Source: an uncultured Acidobacteriota bacterium
Lineage (GTDB): Bacteria > Acidobacteriota > Thermoanaerobaculia > Gp7-AA8
Direction of reading: 5' to 3'
Assembly (NCBI GenBank): GCA_963822445.1
Contig: CAWGHO010000002.1
Coordinates: 544,001 to 608,000 of the forward strand
DNA: 64,000 nt
The notes beneath the pieces are model-generated. The model searched no databases and was not told where the DNA came from. It saw only the letters and a list, made by a program, of their open reading frames with translations. Position numbers and translations under genes: made by a program. Numbering within the stretch: position 1 is the stretch's first letter; each line of letters opens with the position of its first letter. Shown here one piece after another: positions 8,578 to 18,951 of the stretch.

Positions 8578-10272
8578 ATGCCCCACGACGTCAACCTCAT
8601 CACCACCATCGCCGCCGGTCTCGGTCTGGCGATGGTCCTCGGCTTCCTCGCCGTCCGGCTGAAGCTTCCGCCGCTGGTCGGCTACCTGCTGGCCGGTGTG
8701 TTGATCGGGCCGCACACGCGCGGCTTCGTGGCCGACGTCGCGCTGGCGGGACAGCTTGCCGAGATCGGCGTGATGCTGCTTATGTTCGGGGTCGGGCTGC
8801 ATTTCTCGCTCGACGATCTGGCCTCGGTTCGAGGGATCGCCCTTCCCGGCGCGGTCGTGCAGATCCTCGCCGCGACCGTGCTGGGGACAGCCACGGCGAT
8901 GTTCTGGGGCTGGAGCTTCGGTGCGGGACTGGTCTTCGGCCTGGCGCTGTCCGTTGCCAGCACCGTCGTCCTCCTCCGCGCACTCGAGGCGCGCAATGCG
9001 CTGGAGAGCTTCAACGGACGCATCGCCGTCGGCTGGCTGATCGTCGAGGACCTGGTGATGGTCCTGGTGCTGGTGCTGCTCCCGCCGCTCGCCAACGTCT
9101 TAGGTGGCAGCGCGCAGGGCGCCGGGCAAAGCTCCGGGATCGCGGTGACGCTGGCCATCACCTTCGGGAAGGTGGCCGCGTTCATCGTGCTGATGCTCGT
9201 CGTCGGCAAGCGGCTCTTTCCGCGGATTCTGTGGCTCGTCGCGAAAACGGGATCGCGGGAGCTGTTCACGCTGTGCGTCATCGCCGCGGCGGTCGGCGTG
9301 GCGTACGGCGCGGCCGCGCTCTTCGGCGTCTCGTTCGCCCTCGGCGCGTTCTTCGCCGGGATGATGATGCGCGAGTCGTCGTTCAGCCATCGCGCGGCCG
9401 ATGAATCGTTGCCGCTACGCGACGCCTTCTCGGTCCTCTTCTTCGTCTCGGTGGGGATGCTGTTCGATCCGGCGGTCCTCGTGCGCTCGCCGCTGGCCGT
9501 GCTTTCGGTCGTGGCGATCATCATCTTCGGCAAGACCATCGCCGCGATCAGCCTGGTGCTGCTGCTGCGCTATCCATTGAACACCGCCCTCACCGTCGGC
9601 GCGAGCCTCGCCCAGATCGGCGAGTTCTCCTTCATCCTGGCCGGCCTCGGCGTGAAATACGGCCTGCTTCCGGAACAGGGACAGAGCCTCGTCCTCGCCG
9701 GAGCGCTGATCTCGATCGCGCTGAATCCGGCGGTGTTCGCCGCGATCGAGCCGGCGCAGCGATGGATCCGGGCGCGATCGGAAGCGGCGCGCAGGCTCGA
9801 GCGGCGCGCCGATCCGCTGGCCGAGCTGCCGACCTCCGTCGATGCGGCGTTGCTCACCGGCCACGTGGCAATCGTCGGCTACGGGCGGGTGGGACGGCGG
9901 ATCGTGCAGGCCCTGCGCGAACGGAACGTGCCCTTCACCATCGCCGAACAAAACCGCGACGTGGTCGAACGTCTGCGCGAGGAAGGACTGCACGCGGTCT
10001 CCGGGGATGCTCACGATCCGGCGGTCCTCATTCAGGCGCACGTCGCGCGCGCGGCGATGCTCGTGATCGCGACGCCCGATACGGTAGGCGTGCGGAAGAT
10101 GATCGACGTCGCCCGCAAGCTGAATCCGAACATCCAGATCGTCCTGCGCACGCACAGCGATGACGAGGCGGAGATGCTTCGTCGCGAGCAGCTCGGCGTC
10201 GTGTTCATGGGCGAGCACGAGCTGGCCCGGGCCATGACCCAGCACGTGCTCGAAAAAATGATCGGAGGGTAG
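8578..10272 (+). CDS. ybaL: CPA2 monovalent cation:proton antiporter with TrkA-N/RCK domain (YbaL/RosB family)
   Basis: LAEIGVMLLMFGVGLHFS, LSVASTVV, WLIVED, AQIGEFSFIL, C-terminal VGYGRVG. Confidence 0.92.
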   Translation: MPHDVNLITTIAAGLGLAMVLGFLAVRLKLPPLVGYLLAGVLIGPHTRGFVADVALAGQLAEIGVMLLMFGVGLHFSLDDLASVRGIALPGAVVQILAATVLGTATAMFWGWSFGAGLVFGLALSVASTVVLLRALEARNALESFNGRIAVGWLIVEDLVMVLVLVLLPPLANVLGGSAQGAGQSSGIAVTLAITFGKVAAFIVLMLVVGKRLFPRILWLVAKTGSRELFTLCVIAAAVGVAYGAAALFGVSFALGAFFAGMMMRESSFSHRAADESLPLRDAFSVLFFVSVGMLFDPAVLVRSPLAVLSVVAIIIFGKTIAAISLVLLLRYPLNTALTVGASLAQIGEFSFILAGLGVKYGLLPEQGQSLVLAGALISIALNPAVFAAIEPAQRWIRARSEAARRLERRADPLAELPTSVDAALLTGHVAIVGYGRVGRRIVQALRERNVPFTIAEQNRDVVERLREEGLHAVSGDAHDPAVLIQAHVARAAMLVIATPDTVGVRKMIDVARKLNPNIQIVLRTHSDDEAEMLRREQLGVVFMGEHELARAMTQHVLEKMIGG

Positions 10273-10327
10273 GGGAAAATCGGGCTCCCGGCACTCCTAA
10301 CGCATACGCGGGGGCAAGGAGGCTGGG

Positions 10328-10933
10328 ATGAGTCGACGCTGGGCGGTTGCGCTGCTGTTGGTCGGAGCTTTGGGATGTGCATCCACTCCACCGCCGGATA
10401 CGCCGGCGGCCGTCGCCGAAGAGGATGCGGCGACAGGTGTTTCGCCGGCGGCTGACGTGACGGCGGACGTCGTCGCCAAAGACGACCGCATCGCGCCCGG
10501 CCTGCGCGTTCGTGTGGTCTGCAGCGAGACCGAGAGCCGCACGGCCATCGCCATCATCGAGTGGCGCCAACCTCCCGCAGCCTTTGCGGCCGAGGAGCGC
10601 CTCGATTTCACGGTCTACAAGGACGGCTTCCAGAAGGGCTGGTTCGCGACCCTTTCGATGACCCCGGGCGGCGAAGTGCGCATGACCGAGCGCCTCAGAA
10701 CGATGGAAGGCGCGCGGAAGTCGGCGGCATTCAATGTGACCGCCGTTCGCGCGGTCGATCGCGCCGGATTCGAGCGCGACAAAGACACCGTGGCCATCGA
10801 GGTGCGCAACGTGGAGCCGGGGATTCTCTATCGCTGGCGCCTCGCGGCCCGCACCGAGCGTGGCTGGTTCGCGAGTGAAGAAGTGCAGGTCGAGATTCCG
10901 GTGTGCGTCGACGACCGTGAGGGGAGGAACTGA
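10328..10933 (+). CDS. Hypothetical lipoprotein
   Basis: AAGGAGG RBS, lipobox-like ALGC, Pro/Ala linker, beta-rich domain with two Cys. TGATG coupling to the next gene. Confidence 0.75.
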   Translation: MSRRWAVALLLVGALGCASTPPPDTPAAVAEEDAATGVSPAADVTADVVAKDDRIAPGLRVRVVCSETESRTAIAIIEWRQPPAAFAAEERLDFTVYKDGFQKGWFATLSMTPGGEVRMTERLRTMEGARKSAAFNVTAVRAVDRAGFERDKDTVAIEVRNVEPGILYRWRLAARTERGWFASEEVQVEIPVCVDDREGRN

Positions 10934-13719
10934 TGCGCGTCGCACGATTTGTTTCGCTCATCAGCCTGCTGGTCGCAATTCTGATCGCGCCAAGGGCATG
11001 GGCGCAGGTCACCGCGACCTTCACCGACATCAGCCCGAGCCAGTCCTCGCTTCACGCCACGAACCCGAACGGAGCCTCGGGCGGACGCGTGAACAACGTC
11101 GCCATGTCCGCCGATGGACGGACGGTCTTCGCGGCGAGCGAATGGGGCGGCTTGTGGCGAAGCACCGACGCCGGCCTGCGCTGGGCGCATCTGCCCGGGC
11201 ACGTGCCGCAGGTGACGTCTGACGTCGCCGTCGACGCGACGAACACGGCCCGCGTGTTCGCCACGTCGCTTTACGACGGACGGGTGCGCAGTCTTTCCGG
11301 CATCAACGTGAGCACGGACGGCGGGAACACCTGGACCAAGCCCGCAACGGCCACGCCGCCGGCGAACTTCTGCGAGACGGCCGTCCGGCATGAAGAACCA
11401 GCGGCGTACGGGATCAGCATCAATCCCGAGAACAACCAGAACGTGGTGATCGGGACGAACTGCGGCGTGGCCATCAGCAGGAACGCCGGGGTGGACTGGA
11501 CGTTCGTCGATCCGACGCCGGGCGACGCGGGAGCGACCGATGTCTTCGACGTGGTCGTGCATCACGGCGGAATCATCGACACCTGCGGTGCCGACGGGCA
11601 TCGCCGCTCGACCGACGCCGGGACGACCTGGACGACGGCGACGACCTCGCCCCTGCCGGGCGGTCGCTGCTCCATCGCCGTTTCGCCGGACGAGTCGTAC
11701 GTTCTGTTCGCGGTCGTCGGCAGAAACGAGCTGTTCGAGTCGGACAACGGCGGCGACAGCTGGCCGCACGCGTTCACGAATCCCAGCCCGCAGGGGCGTA
11801 TCCCCTTTTTCGCGACGAACCAGCGCACCGGCACCGCGTTCGATCTCTGGTTCGGCGACGTCGGCCTGCATCGCGAGAGCTGCACCACTCCCGCGACTCC
11901 CGCGCCGGGTGGCAATCGCCGCTGCCCGAACAACAGCTGGAGCGCGTCGTTCACCACCGCTGCCGGAGCCCACGCCGATTCCGGCGACATCGCCTTCACC
12001 ACCGCCGCGACCAACGCCTGTCCCACGCTCTTTTCCTCGGACGGCGGCGTCTACTTCAACACGGTGACCACCAGCCCCGGTTGTCACAGTCCCAAGTGGC
12101 AGCAACCGACGGTCACACCGCATGCGCTCTGGCTGATGACCATGTCCGGAGTGAATGTGTCGGGCGCGGCCGAGCATCTCTACATCGGCGCGCAGGACAA
12201 CGGTCCGTTCGGGACGTTGAACGCGCCCGCGGCGTCGCCGACCTGGACGAACGCGCGCTGCTGCGATGGGTTCGACACGGCGGCCGATCTGAACCGGGCG
12301 TTTTTCACCGTGTGTTGCGCGACGGATGGTTCGGGTACACGCGTCTTCAGGAGCAGCACCGGGTTTACAGCCGCGGCGAACGTCATCAACAACCGTCCCA
12401 CCGGCGCGCTGTCGGGGTTCCGCTATCCCGACATCCTCGGCACGTTCGGCGACAAAAAGTACGTGCTGGCCACCGCCAACGGCGTGTTCTTCACGAACGA
12501 CGTCACGGTCACGCCGATCGTCTGGACGGAGCTGGGCGATGCGACCTCACCGGCCAACGTCCGCGGCGTGCAGGTGGCGATCGAGGGCGGCACGCCGTCG
12601 TTCATCGTGCAGTCCGGCGTGGGCGACGGCATGAGCCGGGACCGGCTGTTCCGCTTCAACGGCACCGGCGCCGGAAACTGGGTGGAAATCGCACGGCCCG
12701 GCGGGGTGGGTGGATTCGGCGTGTACGGCGTCGACCCGCGCGATCCGGACCGGATCATCGTGTCGCACCTTCGAAACGGACTCGATCCGCAGATGATGCT
12801 CACCACCGACGGCGGCGCGAACTGGACCGCGCTGCCGGAACTGGACAAGCTCATGACCGGCGGTGGGGTGTTCCGCTACGTGACTCGCCGCGGTCTGTCG
12901 CACAGCGGCAACGCGATCAACGCCCAGGTCGGATATCCGCAGCCGACCATGGTGGCGATCGACGCGGAAGACAGCTCGATCATGGTCGCCGGCGGCGCCG
13001 ACTCGGGCCTGTTCCTGAGCACGAACAACGGCAGGAACTGGACGCTCCTCACCGACCCGCATACGCCTCTCGTATCGGGCAAGCCACACATCCCCCGTCC
13101 CCGCTTCGCGTACTTCGATCACGAGGCGCCGAGCAACATCGCCGTCGAGCGCCGCCTGAGCCTCTACGTCGGCAGCCAGGGGCGCGGTGCGTGGCGCATC
13201 GACCTGAAACTGCCGGGGATCGCGATCGCGCAGTCGTTCTGCGAGCAGAACCCCGGCGCCTGCGTGATCCCGGAACTGAGCCAGGAACTGATCGAGGTCG
13301 ACTGCAGCCGCACCATCGGCGGCCGAACGGGATTCGATTGCGTGGCGGTCGACGAGATCCCCGAGAACTGCACAAAGAAGTTCCCCTGCCCCGGATGCGA
13401 CGGCTTCGGCCTCTGTCCTCCTTACTACCGCTTCGTCATCGACAACGTCGATCCGAAGGAGTGGCTGGTGGGCATCCAGAGCGCGAAAGGCGGCCCTGTC
13501 GATTACGAGGTGCTTCCCTCGCGCAGCGGCGGTGTGATCGTGAGCTTCCGGCCCGACAAAAAGGATTTCGTGGAGAAGAAGATCGGCGACTACCGGCTCG
13601 TGCTCGCGCATCGCGCCGGCGACAAGCAACCTGGCCGGGTCAAGTTCCCGATCAAGCTGGAGACGGGAGAGAAGCCGTTTACGGAGGAGCAACTGGAGTG
13701 GGCGCGGAAACAACAGTGA
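10933..13719 (+). CDS. Secreted BNR/Asp-box beta-propeller protein (GH74/Vps10-like) with Cys-rich C-terminal domain
   Basis: Signal peptide, GGRV motif, repeated S-x-D-x-G-x-x-W boxes (STDAGLRW, STDGGNTW, STDAGTTW, SDNGGDSW, TTDGGANW, STNNGRNW), GSQGRGAW propeller closure. Confidence 0.85.
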   Translation: MRVARFVSLISLLVAILIAPRAWAQVTATFTDISPSQSSLHATNPNGASGGRVNNVAMSADGRTVFAASEWGGLWRSTDAGLRWAHLPGHVPQVTSDVAVDATNTARVFATSLYDGRVRSLSGINVSTDGGNTWTKPATATPPANFCETAVRHEEPAAYGISINPENNQNVVIGTNCGVAISRNAGVDWTFVDPTPGDAGATDVFDVVVHHGGIIDTCGADGHRRSTDAGTTWTTATTSPLPGGRCSIAVSPDESYVLFAVVGRNELFESDNGGDSWPHAFTNPSPQGRIPFFATNQRTGTAFDLWFGDVGLHRESCTTPATPAPGGNRRCPNNSWSASFTTAAGAHADSGDIAFTTAATNACPTLFSSDGGVYFNTVTTSPGCHSPKWQQPTVTPHALWLMTMSGVNVSGAAEHLYIGAQDNGPFGTLNAPAASPTWTNARCCDGFDTAADLNRAFFTVCCATDGSGTRVFRSSTGFTAAANVINNRPTGALSGFRYPDILGTFGDKKYVLATANGVFFTNDVTVTPIVWTELGDATSPANVRGVQVAIEGGTPSFIVQSGVGDGMSRDRLFRFNGTGAGNWVEIARPGGVGGFGVYGVDPRDPDRIIVSHLRNGLDPQMMLTTDGGANWTALPELDKLMTGGGVFRYVTRRGLSHSGNAINAQVGYPQPTMVAIDAEDSSIMVAGGADSGLFLSTNNGRNWTLLTDPHTPLVSGKPHIPRPRFAYFDHEAPSNIAVERRLSLYVGSQGRGAWRIDLKLPGIAIAQSFCEQNPGACVIPELSQELIEVDCSRTIGGRTGFDCVAVDEIPENCTKKFPCPGCDGFGLCPPYYRFVIDNVDPKEWLVGIQSAKGGPVDYEVLPSRSGGVIVSFRPDKKDFVEKKIGDYRLVLAHRAGDKQPGRVKFPIKLETGEKPFTEEQLEWARKQQ

Positions 13720-13752
13720 CGTAGTCCCGCTGCCCCATAATCGTCCGGCTCA

Positions 13753-16323
13753 ATGAACGTCGACGCCGGCACGCGCCTGGGTCCTTACGAGATCGTTTCG
13801 CGCATCGGCGCCGGAGGGATGGGCGAGGTGTGGCGCGCGCGCGACACGCGGCTCGATCGCAGCGTGGCCGTGAAAGTCCTCTCGCCGGCGATGGCCGGCG
13901 ACGCCAGCCTTCGCCTGCGCATGGAGCGCGAGGGCAAGGTCATCTCGCAGCTCAGCCACCCTCACATCTGCACGCTCTTCGACGTGGGCGACGGCTATCT
14001 GGTCATGGAGCTTCTCGAAGGGGAGACGCTGGCCGACCGCATTTCCCGCGGACCGCTTCCGGTGACGGAAGTGCTGCGCCTCGGCGAGCAGATCGCGCAG
14101 GCGCTCGACGCCGCCCATCGCCACGGCATCGTCCATCGCGATCTGAAGCCGGGGAACATCATGCTCACCAGGTCGGGAGTGAAGCTCCTCGATTTCGGCC
14201 TGGCCAGAGTCGGGCCGGCCACCATCGGCCCCGATGCGGAAACGCAGATGGGGGCGATCACCGATGCCGGGACGGTCATCGGCACCTTGCAGTACATGGC
14301 GCCGGAGCAGCTCGACGGCCTCAACGCCGACGCCCGCACGGACATCTTCGCCCTCGGCGCGGTGCTCTACGAGATGGCCACCGGCCAGCGGGCCTTCGGC
14401 GGCACGACACGCACGAGCGTCATCATGGCCATCGCTTCCTCCGATCCTCCGCCGATGTCGCAACTGCAGCCGCTGGCACCGGCGCGGCTCGAGCAACTCG
14501 TGCGCGGCTGTCTCGCAAAGCGTCCCGACGACCGGATGCAGAGCGCGCATGACGTCGCGCTCGAGCTGCGATGGATTGCGGCCGGCGACGCGCCGGCGAT
14601 GGTCACACGACGCTCCGCCACTCGCGAGCGCGTGGCCTGGAGCGTTGCGGCGCTGCTCGCCCTGGCTTTGCTGGGCATCGCGATCGGTCGCATGCGCGAA
14701 GGGCCCGCCGTCGCGTCTCCGCTGCGCTTCACCATTCCCGCGCCGCCCGAAACGAGCACCTTCCGCGCGGCTGTCATCTCCCCGGATGGCAAGCGCATCG
14801 TGTTCCGCGCGGAGCGTGCCGATGGTCAGAGCACACTCTGGCTTCGCTCGCTCGACGCGACCGAAGCAAAAGAGCTCGAGGGAACCGCGGGAGCTGAATT
14901 CGTCTTCTGGTCGCCCGATTCGCGGCACATCGGTTTCTTCGGCCGAGGAAAACTGAAGCGACTCGATACTTCGGATGGCACGATCCGGACGATCTACGAG
15001 CCGACGCACGGCGTCCCCGGCGGGGCGACGTGGAACAAGGACGACGTCATCGTCTTCTCGCCGAAAATCGAGGGAGGCCTGTACCGGATCGCGGCGACGG
15101 GCGGAGAAGCGGTGCCGCTGCCCGGCAAAGACCAACCCATCCACGCCTGGCCAAGCTTCCTGCCCGACGGCCGTCATTTCCTGTACGCGGTCATCGGCAA
15201 AGACAACCAGGGCGGCATCAACGTCGGCTCGCTCGACTCCGCTGAAACGAAGACGATCGTGCCGTTCAAGCGGCTGTATGACCTCACGCCGGCGTACTAC
15301 GGCGGCGGCCACCTCTTTCATGTGCGGAACCGCGCACTCGTGGCCCAGGCGTTCGATGCGAAGGCGTTGACGGCGACCGCAGCGGCGATCCCCATCGAAG
15401 AGTCGATCGACATCGACGGTCCGGGCCGCACGCCACTTTCGGTTTCGTCGAACGGAACGCTGGTCTATCGCAAGCCCGGGCCGCCCGTGGTTTCGAGCCT
15501 GTTCATCGTCGATCGGGCCGGGCGAAAGCTTCGCGGCGCCGGGGACGCCGGGCCGTACACCGCCGCTTCGATCGCACCCGACGGAACGCGGGTGCTCGTG
15601 TCGCGTGCTGACGCCGTCGAGGCGATCTGGCAGATCGATCTCGCCCGAGGGTCGTCCAGCCGGGTCACGTTCGAGGAGTTGTCCGCCCTGCCGGTGTGGC
15701 TTCGAGACGGGAAGTCCTTCGCGTACAGCGGGTCGAGCGACTCGCCGCCGAACATCTATCTTCATCGCGCGGACGGAAGCACGGCCCGGCTCACGAACAC
15801 GACGGAACAGCACTACCCGACGGGCGCCTCGCCCGATGGAAAGCAGGTCGTCTACACCGCTCCGTCGGCGGGCAAGAGCTGGAATCTCTACACGGTGACG
15901 ACCGCGGCCCCGCATGTCTCGATCCCTCTCCTCGAAACACAATTCGCGGAGACCGACGGCACGGTATCGCCGGACGGGCGGTGGCTCGCGTACACCTCGA
16001 ATGAGAGCGGACGGGGGCAGGTCTACGTCACGACCTTTCCGAAACCGGGCCCGCGCTGGCAGGTCTCGACGGCGGCAGGCGACAACCCGCGTTGGAGCGC
16101 GGACGGGCGCGAGCTGTATTACGAAATGCCGTCCGAGAAGCGCCTTTACGCGGTCAAAGTCGATGTGGAAGGGGACGAGCTTCGCGCGGGCCTGCCGGTC
16201 GCACTGTTCGATCTGCCGTCCAGTCTGTGGGCCGTTTTTCCCGACGGCCGCTTCCTGATCGCCGAGCGAAGCCTGAACCCGGCTTCCCCGCCGCTGAACG
16301 TCGTCGTCAACTGGCGGCCATGA
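13753..16323 (+). CDS. Hanks-type Ser/Thr protein kinase with TM helix and TolB-like PD40 propellers
   Basis: GAGGMGEV, VAVK, HRDLKPGN, DFGLA, YMAPE; SPDG/WSPD repeats. Confidence 0.95.
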   Translation: MNVDAGTRLGPYEIVSRIGAGGMGEVWRARDTRLDRSVAVKVLSPAMAGDASLRLRMEREGKVISQLSHPHICTLFDVGDGYLVMELLEGETLADRISRGPLPVTEVLRLGEQIAQALDAAHRHGIVHRDLKPGNIMLTRSGVKLLDFGLARVGPATIGPDAETQMGAITDAGTVIGTLQYMAPEQLDGLNADARTDIFALGAVLYEMATGQRAFGGTTRTSVIMAIASSDPPPMSQLQPLAPARLEQLVRGCLAKRPDDRMQSAHDVALELRWIAAGDAPAMVTRRSATRERVAWSVAALLALALLGIAIGRMREGPAVASPLRFTIPAPPETSTFRAAVISPDGKRIVFRAERADGQSTLWLRSLDATEAKELEGTAGAEFVFWSPDSRHIGFFGRGKLKRLDTSDGTIRTIYEPTHGVPGGATWNKDDVIVFSPKIEGGLYRIAATGGEAVPLPGKDQPIHAWPSFLPDGRHFLYAVIGKDNQGGINVGSLDSAETKTIVPFKRLYDLTPAYYGGGHLFHVRNRALVAQAFDAKALTATAAAIPIEESIDIDGPGRTPLSVSSNGTLVYRKPGPPVVSSLFIVDRAGRKLRGAGDAGPYTAASIAPDGTRVLVSRADAVEAIWQIDLARGSSSRVTFEELSALPVWLRDGKSFAYSGSSDSPPNIYLHRADGSTARLTNTTEQHYPTGASPDGKQVVYTAPSAGKSWNLYTVTTAAPHVSIPLLETQFAETDGTVSPDGRWLAYTSNESGRGQVYVTTFPKPGPRWQVSTAAGDNPRWSADGRELYYEMPSEKRLYAVKVDVEGDELRAGLPVALFDLPSSLWAVFPDGRFLIAERSLNPASPPLNVVVNWRP

Positions 16324-16356
16324 GCGCGGACCGCGACTCCTGATACGGTACGCGCC

Positions 16357-18951
16357 GTGATTGCCCGTCTGCTGGAAAGCCTCACCAACCTTCTCCTGCG
16401 CCGGCCGAAGCGTGTGCTCGCCGTGGCCGCAGTCATCGTTCTCGTGTTCGGACTCGCCGCGACGCGGATCCGCCTCGACCCCGACGTCCTCAACCTCATC
16501 CCCCGCGGCAATCGCGAGGTGAACGAGTTCCGGCAGCTTCTCAAAGAGACCGGCACGCTCGACTTTCACGTCGTCGTCGTCGAGTTCCCGAAAGGTACGG
16601 AGCCAGAAACGTACTTTCCGTTGCTCGACAAAATTGGCGAGGAGCTGAGCAAATCGAAGCGGATCGAGACCGTGACCTGGCGCCTGCCGGACATGTTCTC
16701 GGTGGTCGACAAGGTCATCCCCTACTCCATGCTCCTGCTCACGCCGCAGCAGCTCGACGCGGTCGCGCAGAAGATGAGCGACGAGGGCATCCGCGCAACG
16801 GTGGAACGCAATCGCGCGCTGCTGCAGACGCCGCAATCGACGGTGGCGAAGCAGCTCGTGCGCATCGATCCCTTCAATCTCATCCCGATCTACATGGAGA
16901 AGCTGCAGAGAGCCGGCGCGGGGCTCAAGGTCGATTTCTCGACCGGTTACTACGTCTCCGCCGATCACGGCGCGGCGATCATCATCGCCAGACCACACAA
17001 GGCCGCGCAGGACCTTCCCTTCAGCCGGCAGGTCATCGACGAAACGAAAGGCATCACCGCGCGGGCGATCAACGAGTTCCGCACGGAGAACAGCGGCGTC
17101 GCCCTGCCGCACATCGGCTACACCGGCGGCTACGCCATCGCGGCGACCGACGAAAAGATCATCCAGCGGGACATGATGGTCAACAGCATCACCTCGATGG
17201 TCGGCGTGCTGCTGCTCTACCTCTACGCCTACCGCCGCCCCTCGGCGATGCTCTACGCCGGCGCGCCGATGGTCGCCGCCATCATCATCACCTTCGGCCT
17301 CGGCGCGATGACCTACGGAACGCTCTCCGCGGCCAGCACCGGATTCGCGGCGCTGCTCGCCGGACTGGGGCTCGACTTCATGACCGTGCTGTACGAGCGG
17401 TACGTGGACGAGCGGAATCGCGGCGCCCAGATCGCGGACGCGGTGCGGACGCTGATGATGCGCACGCTGCCCGGCGTGATCGTCGGCGCGCTCACGACCG
17501 CGGCGACGTTTTACGCATTCCTGGCCACCGAGTTCCGCGGCATGACCGAACTGGGATTCCTCACCGGCAGCGGCATCCTCATCTTCCTGCTCTGCGTGAT
17601 GTTCGTCTTCCCGGCGGTGCTGATCCTCGTCGAGCGGCGCCGCGGCACGAAGCGGAAGCTGCGCGTGCACGCGTTCGGATCGGGCCGCGTCGTGCGGGCC
17701 AGCCTGCGGCGGCCGAAGCTGGTGATCCTCGCCTGGACGGTGGTGGTGGTCGCGACAGCGATCCTGGCGAAAGACGTCCGCTTCAACGACAGCCTGCAGG
17801 GTCTTCGCGCGACGGGAAACGAGGCCGTGGGGATGCAGGAAGCGGTGACGCACAGGTTCGGGCAATCCTTCGACGCGATGATGTACGGCGTCAGCGCGCC
17901 CACGGCCGCGGAAGCGATCGCTCGAACGGAAGCGGCGATTCCCGATCTCGAGACGATGACCCGAGACCGCGTCATCGGCTCGTTCCAGAGCGTCACCACG
18001 TTCCTCCCCAGCGAGACGCAGCAGCGCCGAATCATCGAGCAGCTGGAGCAGGGAAAGAACGATGCGTTCTCGTTCGCCCGCATCGAGCGAACGTTTCGCG
18101 AGGCGCTGACCGCGAACGGCTTCCGCGAAAGTGCCTACGACAACGTGCTGCCCCTGTTCGCCGCGGCCTTCGCGCAACGCGAGCCGCTGACCATCGACAC
18201 GCTGCAACAGCTGGGGTTAGCCGAATCCACCCAGCGATTCATCAAGAAAACGAAGACCGGCTACATGTCGATCGTCTACGTCTACCCGGCCACCGGAAAG
18301 TGGCCGCGGTTTCTCCCCGCGGAGCTGCAGCAGTTCCGCAGGGACCATCCCCAGGGCGTGCTGACCGGCGTGAATCTCGTTTCGGAAACGCTCCGCACGA
18401 TCACCCGCACCGACGCCACCCGCGCCAGCCTCCTCGGACTGGTCCTCGTCTTCGCGCTGGTGTGGGCCGGCTTCCGCTCCTTCACGCGGGCCTGCTTCGT
18501 GTTCGTTCCGTTCATCGCCGGCTGCACGTGCATGCTCGGCTTCATGGCCACGGCGGGCATCGAGTTCAATTTCATGAACGTCTTCGTCGGCCTGATGCTC
18601 GTGGGAACCGCGACGGATTACGCGGTGTACATGCTCGAGCGCTACGACGAAGCGCCGGATGATTTCCCGGTGAACGCGCAGGAAACCGGGCGGGCGGTGG
18701 TGCTGGCCGCGCTGATGTCGATCGTCGGCTTCGCCTCGTTCGCCATCTCGCACTACCCGGGCGTGCGGTCGATCGGACTGGCGTCGGTGGTGGGGATCGC
18801 GCTGAGTTGCCTCGCGTCGATCACGTTGCTGCCGTCGTTGCTGGCGACTGGGTATTTCAGGCGCCGTGTGGTGCAGGCCTCAGGCCTGCCTCTCGATGGA
18901 AACCGAAAGGCAGGCGAGACGCCTGCACCACACCAGGATCAGAACGAGTAA
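16357..18951 (+). CDS. MMPL/RND-family membrane transporter
   Basis: Two TM bundles (GLGLDF..LYERY; GTATDYAVYMLERY) with large periplasmic loops. The last ~28 codons run through a REP-like palindrome. Confidence 0.88.
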   Translation: MIARLLESLTNLLLRRPKRVLAVAAVIVLVFGLAATRIRLDPDVLNLIPRGNREVNEFRQLLKETGTLDFHVVVVEFPKGTEPETYFPLLDKIGEELSKSKRIETVTWRLPDMFSVVDKVIPYSMLLLTPQQLDAVAQKMSDEGIRATVERNRALLQTPQSTVAKQLVRIDPFNLIPIYMEKLQRAGAGLKVDFSTGYYVSADHGAAIIIARPHKAAQDLPFSRQVIDETKGITARAINEFRTENSGVALPHIGYTGGYAIAATDEKIIQRDMMVNSITSMVGVLLLYLYAYRRPSAMLYAGAPMVAAIIITFGLGAMTYGTLSAASTGFAALLAGLGLDFMTVLYERYVDERNRGAQIADAVRTLMMRTLPGVIVGALTTAATFYAFLATEFRGMTELGFLTGSGILIFLLCVMFVFPAVLILVERRRGTKRKLRVHAFGSGRVVRASLRRPKLVILAWTVVVVATAILAKDVRFNDSLQGLRATGNEAVGMQEAVTHRFGQSFDAMMYGVSAPTAAEAIARTEAAIPDLETMTRDRVIGSFQSVTTFLPSETQQRRIIEQLEQGKNDAFSFARIERTFREALTANGFRESAYDNVLPLFAAAFAQREPLTIDTLQQLGLAESTQRFIKKTKTGYMSIVYVYPATGKWPRFLPAELQQFRRDHPQGVLTGVNLVSETLRTITRTDATRASLLGLVLVFALVWAGFRSFTRACFVFVPFIAGCTCMLGFMATAGIEFNFMNVFVGLMLVGTATDYAVYMLERYDEAPDDFPVNAQETGRAVVLAALMSIVGFASFAISHYPGVRSIGLASVVGIALSCLASITLLPSLLATGYFRRRVVQASGLPLDGNRKAGETPAPHQDQNE
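18866..18933. repeat. REP-like palindromic element (GTGTGGTGCAGGC ... GCCTGCACCACAC)
   Basis: 13-bp terminal inverted arms with internal sub-hairpins at a convergent gene junction. Confidence 0.75.

Noticed and set aside
13750-18207. 1485-aa minus-strand ORF, and similar long ORFs at 2287-4242, 23259-25181, 43524-45599 and 59696-61639
   Set aside because: Antisense shadows of well-supported genes; stop-poor frames are expected in high-GC DNA, and the translations have no recognisable motifs.
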